Of a DNA stretch of 64,000 nt, positions 30,384 to 42,152 are shown one piece after another (positions within the stretch are counted from its first letter, which is position 1; every line of letters begins with the position of its first letter). Origin of the DNA: Escherichia coli (GTDB taxonomy: Bacteria > Pseudomonadota > Gammaproteobacteria > Enterobacterales > Enterobacteriaceae); the NCBI RefSeq assembly GCF_036507355.1, contig NZ_AP027877.1; one strand, given 5' to 3'. The position numbers and the translations under genes were made by a program. The notes below the pieces were generated by a model that searched no databases, was not told the DNA's origin, and worked only from the letters and a program-made list of their open reading frames with translations.

Positions 30384-33300
30384 TTAATGGAAAATGACGT
30401 CAGGTGCGCTTAACGCCTCACTCAAATCAAACACATCAAGTTCGGCAAAAGTGACGGATTTATTGTCACGGTACACTCGAAGAGAACGGAAGCTCATTAA
30501 CGCTTTGCTATCAACATTGTAGTGGTTAAAACCGGGTGAAAACTTAAGGACCAGCCGGTACTCGCCCAGGTCATAGACAAATGCGTCCTCATAGCCTGAC
30601 TCCCAGCCTTTGTATCGCATTCCCATAAGTTGCCCAACGGTAGCGGATTTACCTTCCCAGCGAGTCAGGCTGTTACTGGTTGACTCGTCAGGTGTGAGCA
30701 GCACCGTGCGGCGCGACAACTGGCGAAAAGGCGGCATAATTTCGTAATCGGCAAAAAGCTGTGCAAATTCACTGCGCATTTCTGCTGTCATTTCTAACGG
30801 GTGGGCAATGCCAATCAGAGCGTCCGCAGGCAGGTCAATTGGCTCATCTTGCGCATTGCAGAACTCCCCCTCTGCGGCCACACGAAAGGCGTTGAGTAAA
30901 CAACGCGGTTCATTTGCCGGATAAACCCCCCATATTAATCGCTGGGTAACCAGACGGGTAAAGGGATGATTAACAAACAGAGAATGAAAATCTGCCAGCG
31001 ACCAGCGTCGGGTGGTACGTAGGGCAGCTTCAAGACGCGGGAGCAGGTTTTTGCTCACCTGAGTAGCATCTTTTTTTAGCCCTTTTAGTCGGGCCAGTGC
31101 CTCGGGCGCTTTCAGTTGATCGTCATCGGCGCGCAACCGGGGAACGCTTTTCTGGTGAACGTTTTGCTGATCAAAGATAACCGGGTTGAGGTTTTCATCG
31201 AAGCGAACGGTAAACTGCCGGGGACCAAAATCAAAACTCAACGCCTGCGGATCATCAAGGCCCAGGGTTGGGACTAATCTGTCCGCTAGCTCTTCCTGGC
31301 TTAGCCCGCGATTTTCTGCGACCACCTGAAGAAATTCCGCCGCGTTATCACGTAAGGGGCGGGATTTAGCCCGTTGCGATATATGATGCAGCTGTATCAG
31401 CGCCATATCATTATTCATCAGGGTAAGGATGTTCAGGCCGCTGACAGCACGGGCAGATTTGCCTTCTTGTGGCCAGGCGAGGATCTGTGTCGTCAGATCC
31501 CGTGCCGTGCTTTCGTCACCAAAGAGACTTAACGCCAGAAATGCCCAGTTGTCTTTTGCGGGGGCACCAGCTTGTTGCCACGCAGTGAAGAGATCCCAGG
31601 CAAAAGCTGCCAGCGTTTGTGGCTGGCAGAACGTTTTCAGTTGTTCCAGCCCGCTATAAAAACGTCCCCCCTGGGTAAAGCGCAGCATTTCGCCGATAAT
31701 TTCCAGAGCGTCATCGGTAACAGTTTGATTATTAGTGATAAGGCGCGGCCTGGACCACATTTGCGGATGCCAGAAATCAGGGGCTTTTGGAATGCGTGCC
31801 GGGTAAATCTCTATTGGACTCTGTTTAAGTAATTGTTCCAGGGCAGGCCATAGATCTGTACGCTGCCAACGATTGGCTACAGTTTGTAGCAATTCGCCAT
31901 GCCCATGTTCGTAAAGTAAACGCAGGGCAAGTAATGCATCTTCGCTTTTATCGCTAGATTTGGTGAAGACAAGAGGGATAAGTGCAGTAGCCGTATGTTC
32001 CGGCCATTGTAAAATCCACTGGCGAGCCAGATTACGCTGGCCCGCAAAACGGTGCCAGACGCGGGCAACGGGCAGGGCCAGTTCTGTTGCGCCGAAATTT
32101 AAAATTAACGGAAATGTTTCTTTTGGACGATGTGAAAAAGCCAACAGCAGACCTGGTAGCGCATCCAATCCGAGGATACTGAGAAAATAGTCCTCACCCG
32201 CGAACAGATGTTTTTTCTCATTGATACGCAGCCAGAAGGTCAAAGCCATCTCACGCGGCAACTGTGCCAATAAATACAGGTTCCAGACACTCTTTTCCGG
32301 ACGATAACGTGAGTAGTTGTCATTTTCCCATATGTTAATTAACGCTTCTATGTGACCGCTGCGGAGCGCCTGTTCTGCTAATTGTGCTTCCGGGGAGTTC
32401 CAGCCATTCAGGATCTCTTCAACCCGCCCCTGGTAGTAATGCCACTGAACAATGAGTGAATTGCGTGCAGCATCCAGTTTTCCAGGGAGTATATAATTCA
32501 AAAACAGCCATACATCATCCCCAAAACCCAGTTCCTGTAATACAACTCGCCCACTTTTTTGTTCCATGCGTTGCGCAAGAGATTCCGTGCTGAAATAACG
32601 GGCAGACTCAGTGGCGGCAAGCCTCTCTCGTTCGCCTGGTTGCCAGTAAACTTGCGGAGTTAATTCGAGCCGTGCCAAATCAAGACGTGGAGCTGTCATT
32701 TTTTTCTTACTACGCCACGGTGGTGAAACGAGGATTTCAGGCAGATTGCTGTTATCGGTGCCATCAATAACCGGTTTTGGCAGTGCCGATAAATAACTCT
32801 TCAGCACTGCCCTGGCTTGAGTACTTAACCACGGTATCACTTCTGCTGCCAGTTGTGGCTGCGATGCCATCAGCGTTTGTAACAGCGTACGCCAGTATTC
32901 ATCTCGAGCTTTTTGCTGTGCAGGCAGCTTTTTGTCTTCGATGATTGGATAACCAGGGCGTGCAGGTGGTTCTGTTAACGCCAGCAGTTCTGCCAGTGCG
33001 GCGAGCGTCGCATGGGGGAAGTTTTTATGGTATTTAGCTACACGTTGCAGGCTGGGTTTGTTTTTATCAGCAACTAACAGCAAGGTGCGGATGACTTGCG
33101 GATGGTTAATTTGTACCAGCAGACTGCCGCAATCTTCTTTATGAGCATACATTGCCAGGCGCGGAACGGCTGCCAGTCCTTGTTCGCGCAAAAGGGAGGC
33201 GCAGGCCGCGTAGCCGAAGCGGTTTTCTTGTGACATGTAGCTGGCTTCGCGATCGCTAAATACGTCCAGGCCCCAGTATCGTTCGAGTTTTTTTACCGCC

Positions 33301-34016
33301 GTATTATCAGTAGCAACGACCTTTAACCACTCCTTTGAATGGAGACTTGACCGGGAGCTTTCAAGACTGGCGAGTTCATTGGCTATTTCAGGTTTTTCCG
33401 GGAGGATCAGCGCAATAAAAGGACGGCGAATTTTGGGTATTCCTGGCAGTGCGGCAATGAGTTTATCGGCACAACGCTGCCAGCAACTTTCCTCTGCCAG
33501 CGACAGATGCTTACGCAAACGGAGATCGAAATCGTTATAGGTCGCGGAGCCATAACCGTAGCCATAGTCCTCGTCCTGATACTGCAAAGTGACGACCAGT
33601 GAGTCACTCTCATAACGCCGCGCAATGCACTGACGCGATATCACTACATCCGTCGCATATTCCAGCCCCTCTTGTTGCACGATTTCATCAAGTAACTGCT
33701 GGCTGTCATTTTGCGCGATACAGATCAGAGCCGCCATGGTAAGGGCTGGGATTGACGGTTTATGCTCGCCAGTCAAATTGATTGCCTGCTGGATGGCGGA
33801 CTGCCACTCCAGTGAGCATTTATCATAATTCCAGGTGATATTTTCCTTCTGGCCTGCTTGTTGTAGTAATTCATCTCCCAATGTCTGGATGAGACTTCCA
33901 GTGATAACAGGCACCGGTTCGCCCGGCCATTTGCGATGACTGAGTGGTGTTTTGCCTTTTTTATATTTCAGTTCCAGTTGGGCGTTATCCGCCAGCCACG
34001 GTAATTCCTTGTCCAT
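30384..34016 (-). CDS. yehI: giant DUF4132 protein
   Basis: Intact 1210-aa ORF; paralogous to the molR segments further along. Confidence 0.85.
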   Translation of the reverse strand: MDKELPWLADNAQLELKYKKGKTPLSHRKWPGEPVPVITGSLIQTLGDELLQQAGQKENITWNYDKCSLEWQSAIQQAINLTGEHKPSIPALTMAALICIAQNDSQQLLDEIVQQEGLEYATDVVISRQCIARRYESDSLVVTLQYQDEDYGYGYGSATYNDFDLRLRKHLSLAEESCWQRCADKLIAALPGIPKIRRPFIALILPEKPEIANELASLESSRSSLHSKEWLKVVATDNTAVKKLERYWGLDVFSDREASYMSQENRFGYAACASLLREQGLAAVPRLAMYAHKEDCGSLLVQINHPQVIRTLLLVADKNKPSLQRVAKYHKNFPHATLAALAELLALTEPPARPGYPIIEDKKLPAQQKARDEYWRTLLQTLMASQPQLAAEVIPWLSTQARAVLKSYLSALPKPVIDGTDNSNLPEILVSPPWRSKKKMTAPRLDLARLELTPQVYWQPGERERLAATESARYFSTESLAQRMEQKSGRVVLQELGFGDDVWLFLNYILPGKLDAARNSLIVQWHYYQGRVEEILNGWNSPEAQLAEQALRSGHIEALINIWENDNYSRYRPEKSVWNLYLLAQLPREMALTFWLRINEKKHLFAGEDYFLSILGLDALPGLLLAFSHRPKETFPLILNFGATELALPVARVWHRFAGQRNLARQWILQWPEHTATALIPLVFTKSSDKSEDALLALRLLYEHGHGELLQTVANRWQRTDLWPALEQLLKQSPIEIYPARIPKAPDFWHPQMWSRPRLITNNQTVTDDALEIIGEMLRFTQGGRFYSGLEQLKTFCQPQTLAAFAWDLFTAWQQAGAPAKDNWAFLALSLFGDESTARDLTTQILAWPQEGKSARAVSGLNILTLMNNDMALIQLHHISQRAKSRPLRDNAAEFLQVVAENRGLSQEELADRLVPTLGLDDPQALSFDFGPRQFTVRFDENLNPVIFDQQNVHQKSVPRLRADDDQLKAPEALARLKGLKKDATQVSKNLLPRLEAALRTTRRWSLADFHSLFVNHPFTRLVTQRLIWGVYPANEPRCLLNAFRVAAEGEFCNAQDEPIDLPADALIGIAHPLEMTAEMRSEFAQLFADYEIMPPFRQLSRRTVLLTPDESTSNSLTRWEGKSATVGQLMGMRYKGWESGYEDAFVYDLGEYRLVLKFSPGFNHYNVDSKALMSFRSLRVYRDNKSVTFAELDVFDLSEALSAPDVIFH

Positions 34017-34025
34017 GCTCTTTCC

Positions 34026-36226
34026 TTATTCAAACAGGGCTTCAATATCGTTAATTAGCTCGCTGGCGGTGATGGCATCGAGTACGGAGAACTGCGCTTC
34101 CTGTGTTGAATTACTCCCCCAGCCATAGCTTTCTGCGTTGCCTTCCCATAGCCACAGCTTGCTTAAGATTTGCTCGGCACTCAGTTCGGCTGGCGACATG
34201 CCTACCGCAAAACCTTCATCGATTTCCATGATTAACGACCAGCGGCCCAGAGGTTTGATCATCCAGCCGATCCAGCCTCCATCCTGCGGGGTGCCCTTTA
34301 TCCAGCCTTTATTCGCCAGCCCCATGACCCGACCGCTCGGGTATTTTCTGCCTGCCCAGCGGGTCAGTTCGCTGGCGTTGCGCTCGGCTTCTGTCAGGGC
34401 GTAACTGTTACGGTCAAGCTGACGGAACGGTGGTAGCAGTTCATAGTCGGCAAAAAGCTGACCAAAGGCGGCAGCATCCGTCGGTGATATTTCCAGAACG
34501 TGAGGAATGCCAACAGAGATATCGCCTTCCGGCAGGGTGAAAAGATCATCGTCAGCGGTGCTGTAGCTGTTATCTTCCGCCACGCGGAAGCACGTCAGTA
34601 GCTGGTTTTCGGTGCTATAAACGCCCCAAATCAGACGGCGGGTTAAGTGGCGTACCAGTGGATGTTCAACCAGGAAGAGCTGAAAGTTTTCTGGCGACCA
34701 GCGGCGACGCAGGCACATGGCGGATTCCAACCTTGCTACCTGCTGGGCGGCGACGGTACGCGCATCTTTTTTCAGCAGTTTGTAGCGGTTAACAGCATCG
34801 TTCGCCTGTGATTCATCATCGCTTTTGTTTGGTTTGGGCAGGTCTTTCAGACGGCTGCCAGAAACATCACGCACAAACGGTTTTAAGGTTTCATCAAAGC
34901 TGACGGTGAACTGGCGTGAGCCGAAATCCAGCAGCAACGAACCGTTATCATCCAGACCGAGATCCGGTGCTAACCGATCTTCAAGCTCTGCCACCGTGAG
35001 TTCGCGGCTCTCGGCAATGTCGGCAATTTTTTCTTTTGCCCGCTCCTGTAATGCTTTGAATTTCAGTTTCTGGGCGATGCCGTTAAGCTGCATCAGGGCG
35101 ATATCACTACCGATAGCAGCGAGAATATCCAACCCAACGGTGGCGCGTTTATGCTGGGATTCACCAGGCCAGGCGCGGATTAATGGCGTCAGTTTGCGGG
35201 CGGTGTCGTCGTTACCGAGAACGCCTAACGCAGCGAACGCCCAACTCTCTTTCGACGGCGCGCCAGCGGTCTGCCAGGCGGTAAACAGATCCCAGGCAAA
35301 TCCCGCCAGTGAGTCGGCGGTACAGGCATCTTTCACCTGCAATAATCCCGGATACAGAGCCTCTTCCTGAGGGAAGCGGAGCATTTCACCGAGGTGGAGG
35401 AGGGCGCTATCTGGCAGTACCTTGCTGCTATTTTTGAGTTTCGGGCGAGTCCATAATGGAGGTTGATAAAACAACGGTAAAGGGGGGATTTTCGCCGGGT
35501 ATTTACCCACAGGACTGTTGTCGTTATTTTTATTTTGAGTTTCCCAGGGCGGCGAGACTAGTACCATTGGTAGAATTTCTGAGTTTGCAAAATCTTCATT
35601 GCGACTATTCAGCAATTGCTGACATTGTTGCAATAAATTTGCCGCTTGCGACGATAATCCGATGACTAATTTTTCGACCAATAAAGAATTTGCATTAAGT
35701 AATGAAACCAGCAATGTATGTTTGCGTTTATCATCTTTTTTTACCAATGCTTCGGCTAATGCCACTATCGTTGCAGAAGGAAAATTTTCGGCACTTTTTA
35801 TTAGTCGTTCATAACAGCGTTTATTAGTATCGGCGGCTTCGATGAGTGCCGTAATGGCCAACGGATGATTAATACATTTCAGTACGTCACCGCAATTATC
35901 TTCTTCAGCATAGGGAGCCAGGCGAGCCAGTGCCGCTATACCTTGCTCCCGTAATACCGTAGCTGACCAACTGGCACCATAGGTGTTAAATACATCAATG
36001 TATTGATAGTTCTCCAGTATTTCGAGCGTGAATGGATCTGTCGCTACCAGTTTCAACATTTCAAGTTGTGGAACATCTACGACCTGGTGTAAACGATGTA
36101 CGATCTCATGGGCCACTTCGGGTATTTCTGGCATTAAAATGGCAATTAACGGTTGGCGATAGAGTGATATATCTGGTAACGCAACGAGTAATTTTGCAAT
36201 GCAATTTTGCCATACTTCTTCTTCTG
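34026..36226 (-). pseudogene. molR: molR-type DUF4132 paralogue, C-terminal segment; reading frame runs unbroken into the IS1 end
   Basis: 702-aa ORF plus 30 in-frame codons reaching the IS1 boundary; strong similarity to yehI residues from about 200 onward (e.g. LREQGIAALARLAPYAEEDNCG versus LREQGLAAVPRLAMYAHKEDCG). Confidence 0.65.
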
Positions 36227-36241
36227 GGTAATGACTCCAAC

Positions 36242-36745
36242 TTATTGATAGTGTTTTATGTTCAGATAATGCCCGATGACTTTGTCATGCAGCTCCACCG
36301 ATTTTGAGAACGACAGCGACTTCCGTCCCAGCCGTGCCAGGTGCTGCCTCAGATTCAGGTTATGCCGCTCAATTCGCTGCGTATATCGCTTGCTGATTAC
36401 GTGCAGCTTTCCCTTCAGGCGGGATTCATACAGCGGCCAGCCATCCGTCATCCATATCACCACGTCAAAGGGTGACAGCAGGCTCATAAGACGCCCCAGC
36501 GTCGCCATCGTGCGTTCACCGAATACGTGCGCAACAACCGTCTTCCGGAGCCTGTCATACGCGTAAAACAGCCAGCGCTGGCGCGATTTAGCCCCGACAT
36601 AGCCCCACTGTTCGTCCATTTCCGCGCAGACGATGACGTCACTGCCCGGCTGTATGCGCGAGGTTACCGACTGCGGCCTGAGTTTTTTAAGTGACGTAAA
36701 ATCGTGTTGAGGCCAACGCCCATAATGCGGGCTGTTGCCCGGCAT
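36242..36745 (-). CDS. insB: IS1 InsB (made as an InsAB' frameshift fusion)
   Basis: 167-aa ORF overlapping insA in the -1 frame. Confidence 0.85.
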
Positions 36746-36939
36746 CCAACGCCATTCATGGCCATATCAATGATTTTCTGGTGCGTACCGGGTTGAGAAG
36801 CGGTGTAAGTGAACTGCAGTTGCCATGTTTTACGGCAGTGAGAGCAGAGATAGCGCTGATGTCCGGCGGTGCTTTTGCCGTTACGCACCACCCCGTCAGT
36901 AGCTGAACAGGAGGGACAGCTGATAGAAACAGAAGCCAC
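36664..36939 (-). CDS. insA: IS1 InsA
   Basis: 91-aa [30 protein letters not shown]..., zinc-finger/HTH protein of IS1. Confidence 0.9.
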
Positions 36940-36994
36940 TGGAGCACCTCAAAAACACCATCATACACTAAATCAGTAAGTTGGCAGCATCACC

Positions 36995-37500
36995 AACTCT
37001 GTAATTCCTGGTGTGATATCCGTGACGGCAGGAATGGGAAGTACCGGTAAATCAAATACGGGTATGACATTCTTTTTCTTATTTATTACCCACGGTGGAG
37101 CGACAAGCAGCTCCGGCAACATATCCACAGTGGCATATTCACATTCTTCAGCTACTGGCAGCGGACGACATTCAGATAAGATGCCTGCCGCCTTAGCATT
37201 AACCCAGGGAATGACCTCGCATACTAACTCTGGCGTGGCGGTAATCAGTTTGACAAGCGCTTTACGCCACTCATTATTTTCATGTATTGCCAGCAAAGTA
37301 GCATAAGCGGCAATAGCCGCAGCGGGATGTTTTTGGCAGGCTTTGCTTAAGTATTCCAGGTGCTTTTTCTTGCCATTTACACCGAGGATCAGAATTTGAA
37401 TCGCATCCGGGTGATTCGTTTTCCATAGCCATTTGACAAGATTTTCAGTCTCGCTGATGCGTTCGAAGAGATAAGTGGGATTGTCAGAATGGTCTTCCGT
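36995..37500 (-). pseudogene. molR: molR middle segment between IS1 and IS600
   Basis: Open frame encoding ...NLVKWLWKTNHPDAIQILILGVNGKK...EVIPWVNAKAAG..., similar to yehI residues about 290-450; stop codon immediately upstream in frame. Confidence 0.55.
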
Positions 37501-37678
37501 AAACTAAAGAAGTATCCGGCTTACACCGCGCACCCCAGATACTGCTCTGAGTACAGTGGAAAAATACGATTTCCCACCGTTGTATCGTGATTTTCGTAAT
37601 TTTCGCGCTTATCTGGCAATGTTGTTGGCAAATAATGAGGTGTACTGGCAATAGCGGACACTACCATTTGTTCTTTTT

Positions 37679-38497
37679 TTAAGCAGCCATCTGATGATAT
37701 TTTTCCCTGAAGGCTGCCGGGGAGATATTCCCCAGACGAGAGTGACGACGCTGACGATTGTAGAAAATCTCAATGTATTCCCGTATTACTGAGATGGCTT
37801 CATCCCGGTTATTAAAACGATAGTGGCTCAGGCTCTCATTTTTCAGCGTTCCCCAGAAGCTTTCCATCGGAGCGTTGTCGTAACAGTTACCTTTACGCGA
37901 CATTGATGTTTTCAGACCAAACTGCTCCTGTATGACCCGGTAATCGTATGCGCAGTACTGTGAACCTCGATCAGAGTGGTGGATTAGCCCGGCAGGTGGG
38001 CGCTGGCTCCTGAGCGCCATAAACAGGGCTTTACCTGTCAGCTCTTTTGTCATGCGCTCTCCCATGGCGTAGCCGACAATTTCGCACGTATAAACATCTT
38101 TGATGCCAGCGAGGTACAACCATCCCTCCTGTGTGGCAACATACGTCAGGTCCGCCACCCAGACCTGATTTGGTGCTGTAGGAGCGAACGTCTGGTTCAG
38201 CAGATTTGGCGCAACTGGCAGATTGTGGTTCGAGTTCGTAGTCGCTCTGAACTTGCGTTTCTGCTTACAGCGTAGCCTTAGCTCCTTACGAAGACGTGCC
38301 AGTCGGTCACGACCAACGATGATGCCATTCTCTGCCAGCTCCGTCTGGAGCCGCCGGGTTCCATATGTTTCGCGAGTGCGGATATGTGCCACCTTAATCT
38401 CCAGTTTTAGCCGCTCATCACTTTGTTTTCTGTCTGAGGGTTCATGCTGTACCCAGTTGTAATAACCGCTCCTGGATACACCAAATACCTGACACAT
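37679..38497 (-). CDS. IS3-family transposase OrfB (DDE catalytic domain)
   Basis: 272-aa ORF with integrase-like DDE region; presumably expressed via -1 frameshift fusion with OrfA. Confidence 0.85.
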   Translation of the reverse strand: MCQVFGVSRSGYYNWVQHEPSDRKQSDERLKLEIKVAHIRTRETYGTRRLQTELAENGIIVGRDRLARLRKELRLRCKQKRKFRATTNSNHNLPVAPNLLNQTFAPTAPNQVWVADLTYVATQEGWLYLAGIKDVYTCEIVGYAMGERMTKELTGKALFMALRSQRPPAGLIHHSDRGSQYCAYDYRVIQEQFGLKTSMSRKGNCYDNAPMESFWGTLKNESLSHYRFNNRDEAISVIREYIEIFYNRQRRHSRLGNISPAAFREKYHQMAA

Positions 38498-38532
38498 CGC
38501 TTCAATGGGAAATTGTTGTCGCCATTGTTCGA

Positions 38533-38832
38533 TTAACGCGTATTTTTCAGCGACTCCTGTGCAAAATACGTTGCTTTTTTTAATATATCTCGCTCAAGGC
38601 GAGCTTCATTTAACGCCTTACGCAGTTGCAGAATTTCAGATTCCAGTTCAGCCACCGTGCGGGAACCAGGAGTACCGAGCCCTTTTCTGGCGGCGGTAAC
38701 CCATTGTCCTAAAGTGCCTTCAGGAAGAGATAATCGGGAAGCGCCTTCACTGATCGAAAGTTGATTTTCAAGAACCGTTCTGACAGCTTCGGCTTTGAAC
38801 TCTTTAGAGTAACGTTGGGTTTTTCTGCTCAT
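38533..38832 (-). CDS. IS3-family transposase OrfA
   Basis: 99-aa HTH protein. Confidence 0.85.
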   Translation of the reverse strand: MSRKTQRYSKEFKAEAVRTVLENQLSISEGASRLSLPEGTLGQWVTAARKGLGTPGSRTVAELESEILQLRKALNEARLERDILKKATYFAQESLKNTR

Positions 38833-38896
38833 TATTAGCTCCTTCTGATGCCATTCTATTTCAGGAAGGAGTGTCCGTTAAACTCAGGCTACCTCA

Positions 38897-39847
38897 ATCA
38901 TCGGTTATCACCAGTCTTAACCAGGTCATCGCCGGGACGTTTTGGTCTGCATAGCGTAGAGCTATAGCATGGGCGATATCCGGGCGTTCAGGGAGCAGTA
39001 ACGCCGCAAAAGGTTGCCGTGCGGGGGATAGCGTCGGAATGGCGGTGAGTACTTTATCTACACAGCGTTGCCACTCATCTTCTGAAGCGAGTGAAAGATG
39101 ATGACATAGACGTTGATGCCAACTAGGTAGCGATTCTGCTTTGTGATTAGGTGGAATGATGGTGGTTACTGCGCCTTTTACTGGTTTATATTTGAGTTGA
39201 AGGGCAAAAAGGACGATTTCAACGGCGCTTTCCAGACCACAGCGAATGACTAAGTCATCGACCAGTTCATCTGCAGAGTAAGAGTTCCAAAAACTCCAGA
39301 GCAATGCTGCATCAGATTGCGCACTCCCTGTCTGTTGATTATCCAGAATTCGCCTTTGTAACTCAGCAAAAGCCTGCTGCCAGTTTTCAGGATAAGAGCG
39401 GTAATTGTTGTCGGGATCATATGCCCTGGTGTTATTCGCGATGCGTTGCCATATTTGACCATCTTTGTGCAGATAATTGATCTCTCTGGGGCGAGAACGA
39501 TGAGGAAAAGCAAATCGATTAATATCGCCAGTTATCGGAATGACTGCGTCATCAACCAGCCATGGGCGTTGGATTTTACTCTCAGGGGAAGATTCAACTT
39601 CAGGAGTGGCTTTGGTGATGGGGGGGATATGCACGTTTGCTGAAGCATTTTCTACATAGCCTTTTTTCGTTTTCTCTGCGATCAGCTTAAGCTTCGCTTT
39701 TTCCGCTGCTGCAACATCAGCAAAATTTTTTACCTGGCTTTGCCCTTGGGTACCAACTTTCCCCCAGCTGATATGCAACTCGTTTCCCTGCTGCTCCACC
39801 GCCCAGAATTTATGTGATTTTTCGTCCTGATAGATATAACTCTTCAT
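38897..39847 (-). pseudogene. molR: molR N-terminal segment (WGR-like domain plus DUF4132 start), truncated by the IS3-family element
   Basis: N-terminus MKSYIYQDEKSHKFWAVEQQGNELHISWGKVGTQGQ (WGR-like); aligns to the yehI N-terminus after about residue 90; frame ends in a stop supplied by the IS end. Confidence 0.7.
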
Positions 39848-39947
39848 CCGCGTTCCCTGTATTTATATCCAGTTATAAGCGGATGCTAGCAGTTAATGAA
39901 AAAAATTAAGAGCGTTGAACAAACAAGAAAACAACTTTAGGAATTTA

Positions 39948-39978
39948 TAAAGAAAAGGCGCTGTCGATGCAGCGCCTT
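39948..39978 (-). terminator. intrinsic terminator of metG
   Basis: Hairpin GGCGCTG-CATCGA-CAGCGCC followed by a U-rich tract on the minus strand. Confidence 0.5.
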
Positions 39979-39987
39979 GAAGGGGGA

Positions 39988-42021
39988 TTATTTCACCTGA
40001 TGACCCGGTTTAGCACCGGCATCCGGGCTTAGCAGGAAGATATCTTTCCCGCCAGGACCGGCAGCCATCACCATGCCCTCAGAGATACCGAAGCGCATTT
40101 TACGTGGTGCCAGGTTAGCCACCATAATGGTGTGACGACCAATCAGTGCCTGCGGATCCGGGTAGGCAGAACGAATGCCAGAGAAGACATTGCGTTTTTC
40201 ACCGCCGAGATCCAGCGTCAGGCGCAGCAGTTTGTCAGAACCTTCAACAAACTCTGCGTTTTCAATAAGCGCCACGCGCAGGTCAACTTTAGCGAAGTCG
40301 TCAAAGGTGATGGTTTCCTGAATCGGATCATCTGCCAGTGGGCCAGTAACTGGCGCGGCAGCTGCTTTCACTTCTTCTTTAGACGCTTCCACCAGTGCTT
40401 CAACCTGCTTCATATCGATGCGGTTATACAGCGCTTTGAACGGATTCACTTTGTGGCCCAGCAGAGGTTGCTGGATACCATCCCAGGTCAGTTCTGTATT
40501 GAGGAATGCTTCTGCGCGCTCGGTCAGTTTCGGCAGTACCGGCTTCAGGTAAGTCATCAGCACGCGGAACAGGTTGATGCCCATTGAGCAAATCGCCTGC
40601 AGGTCAGCATCGCGGTCTTCCTGTTTTGCCACCACCCACGGAGCCTGTTCATCGACATAGCGGTTAGCCAGATCAGCCAGCGCCATGATTTCGCGCACTG
40701 CTTTACCAAATTCGCGGCTTTCCCACGCTTCACCAATCACTTCAGCGGCATCAGTGAAGGTTTTGTACAACTGCGGGTCAGCCAGTTCGCTTGCCAGCAC
40801 ACCGTCAAAACGCTTGTTGATAAAGCCCGCATTACGAGAGGCCAGGTTAACCACTTTGTTAACGATATCAGCATTCACGCGCTGAACGAAATCTTCCAGG
40901 TTGAGATCGATATCATCAATGCGCGAAGAGAGTTTCGCAGTGTAGTAGTAACGCAGGCTGTCGGCGTCAAAATGATTCAGCCAGGTGCTGGCTTTAATAA
41001 AGGTACCGCGAGACTTAGACATCTTCGCGCCGTTCACCGTCACATAGCCATGAACAAACAGGTTGGTCGGCTTGCGGAAGTTGCTGCCTTCCAGCATTGC
41101 TGGCCAGAACAGACTGTGGAAGTAAACAATATCTTTACCGATGAAGTGGTACAGCTCGGCGGTGGAGTCTTTCTTCCAGTATTCATCGAAGCTTACGCTG
41201 TCGCCGCGCTTGTCGCACAGATTCTTGAAAGAACCCATATAGCCAATCGGCGCATCTAGCCAGACGTAGAAATATTTACCCGGCGCGTTCGGAATTTCAA
41301 AACCGAAGTACGGCGCGTCGCGGGAGATATCCCACTGTTGCAGGCCAGATTCAAACCACTCCTGCATTTTATTTGCCACCTGCTCCTGCAACGCACCGCT
41401 GCGGGTCCATGCCTGCAACATTTCGCTGAAAGAGGGCAGATCAAAGAAGAAGTGTTCAGAATCACGCATTACCGGCGTAGCGCCAGAAACCACCGATTTC
41501 GGCTCGATCAATTCAGTCGGGCTGTAGGTCGCGCCGCAGACTTCGCAGTTATCGCCGTATTGATCCGGGGATTTACATTTCGGGCAGGTGCCTTTTACAA
41601 AACGGTCCGGCAGGAACATGCCTTTTTCCGGATCGTACAGCTGAGAGATGGTGCGGTTTTTAATAAAACCGTTTTCTTTCAGGCGAGAGTAGATAAGTTC
41701 TGACAACTGGCGGTTCTCTTCGCTGTGCGTCGAGTGATAGTTGTCATAGCTGATGTTAAAGCCTGCGAAATCAGTCTGATGCTCCTGACTCATTTCGCCA
41801 ATCATCTGCTCCGGGGTGATACCCAGCTGCTGAGCTTTCAGCATGATCGGTGTACCGTGGGCATCGTCGGCGCAGATGAAGTTGACCTCGTGGCCGCGCA
41901 TTCGCTGGTAACGGACCCAGACATCAGCCTGGATGTGCTCCAGCATATGGCCGAGGTGGATTGAGCCGTTAGCGTACGGCAGTGCGCACGTCACCAGAAT
42001 TTTCTTCGCGACTTGAGTCAT
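39988..42021 (-). CDS. metG: methionyl-tRNA synthetase
   Basis: N-terminus [25 protein letters not shown] (HIGH motif), KMSKS present, 677 aa. Confidence 0.95.
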   Translation of the reverse strand: MTQVAKKILVTCALPYANGSIHLGHMLEHIQADVWVRYQRMRGHEVNFICADDAHGTPIMLKAQQLGITPEQMIGEMSQEHQTDFAGFNISYDNYHSTHSEENRQLSELIYSRLKENGFIKNRTISQLYDPEKGMFLPDRFVKGTCPKCKSPDQYGDNCEVCGATYSPTELIEPKSVVSGATPVMRDSEHFFFDLPSFSEMLQAWTRSGALQEQVANKMQEWFESGLQQWDISRDAPYFGFEIPNAPGKYFYVWLDAPIGYMGSFKNLCDKRGDSVSFDEYWKKDSTAELYHFIGKDIVYFHSLFWPAMLEGSNFRKPTNLFVHGYVTVNGAKMSKSRGTFIKASTWLNHFDADSLRYYYTAKLSSRIDDIDLNLEDFVQRVNADIVNKVVNLASRNAGFINKRFDGVLASELADPQLYKTFTDAAEVIGEAWESREFGKAVREIMALADLANRYVDEQAPWVVAKQEDRDADLQAICSMGINLFRVLMTYLKPVLPKLTERAEAFLNTELTWDGIQQPLLGHKVNPFKALYNRIDMKQVEALVEASKEEVKAAAAPVTGPLADDPIQETITFDDFAKVDLRVALIENAEFVEGSDKLLRLTLDLGGEKRNVFSGIRSAYPDPQALIGRHTIMVANLAPRKMRFGISEGMVMAAGPGGKDIFLLSPDAGAKPGHQVK

Positions 42022-42152
42022 AGTAGGCATTACTTCTTAATAGTGAAAAGGGGTTAGATAGTACCAAATGGGAAAATGTTAAGTAAGTACTTCTCTATAT
42101 TCTTCAGGTAAACTATCAGCTGATGGTTTATCTATACAAAAAAGGAGTCGGG

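Larger units (their letters stand above)
36227..36994 (-). mobile_element. IS1 (768 bp), copy 1, inserted in molR
   Basis: Both IS1 terminal inverted repeats present (GGTGATGCTGCCAACTTACTGATTTAGTG...); insA and insB' ORFs intact; no 9-bp direct repeat at the flanks. Confidence 0.9.
37636..38896 (-). mobile_element. IS3-family insertion sequence (IS600-like), inserted in molR
   Basis: Terminal inverted repeats starting TGAGGT at both ends; orfA (99 aa, MSRKTQRYSKEFKAEAVR...) and orfB (DDE transposase, 272 aa) in typical IS3 overlapping arrangement. Confidence 0.85.

Noticed and set aside
34825-35370. 181-aa plus-strand ORF inside the molR segment
   Set aside because: Antisense to a long paralogue-supported reading frame; Ser/Arg-rich low-complexity product.
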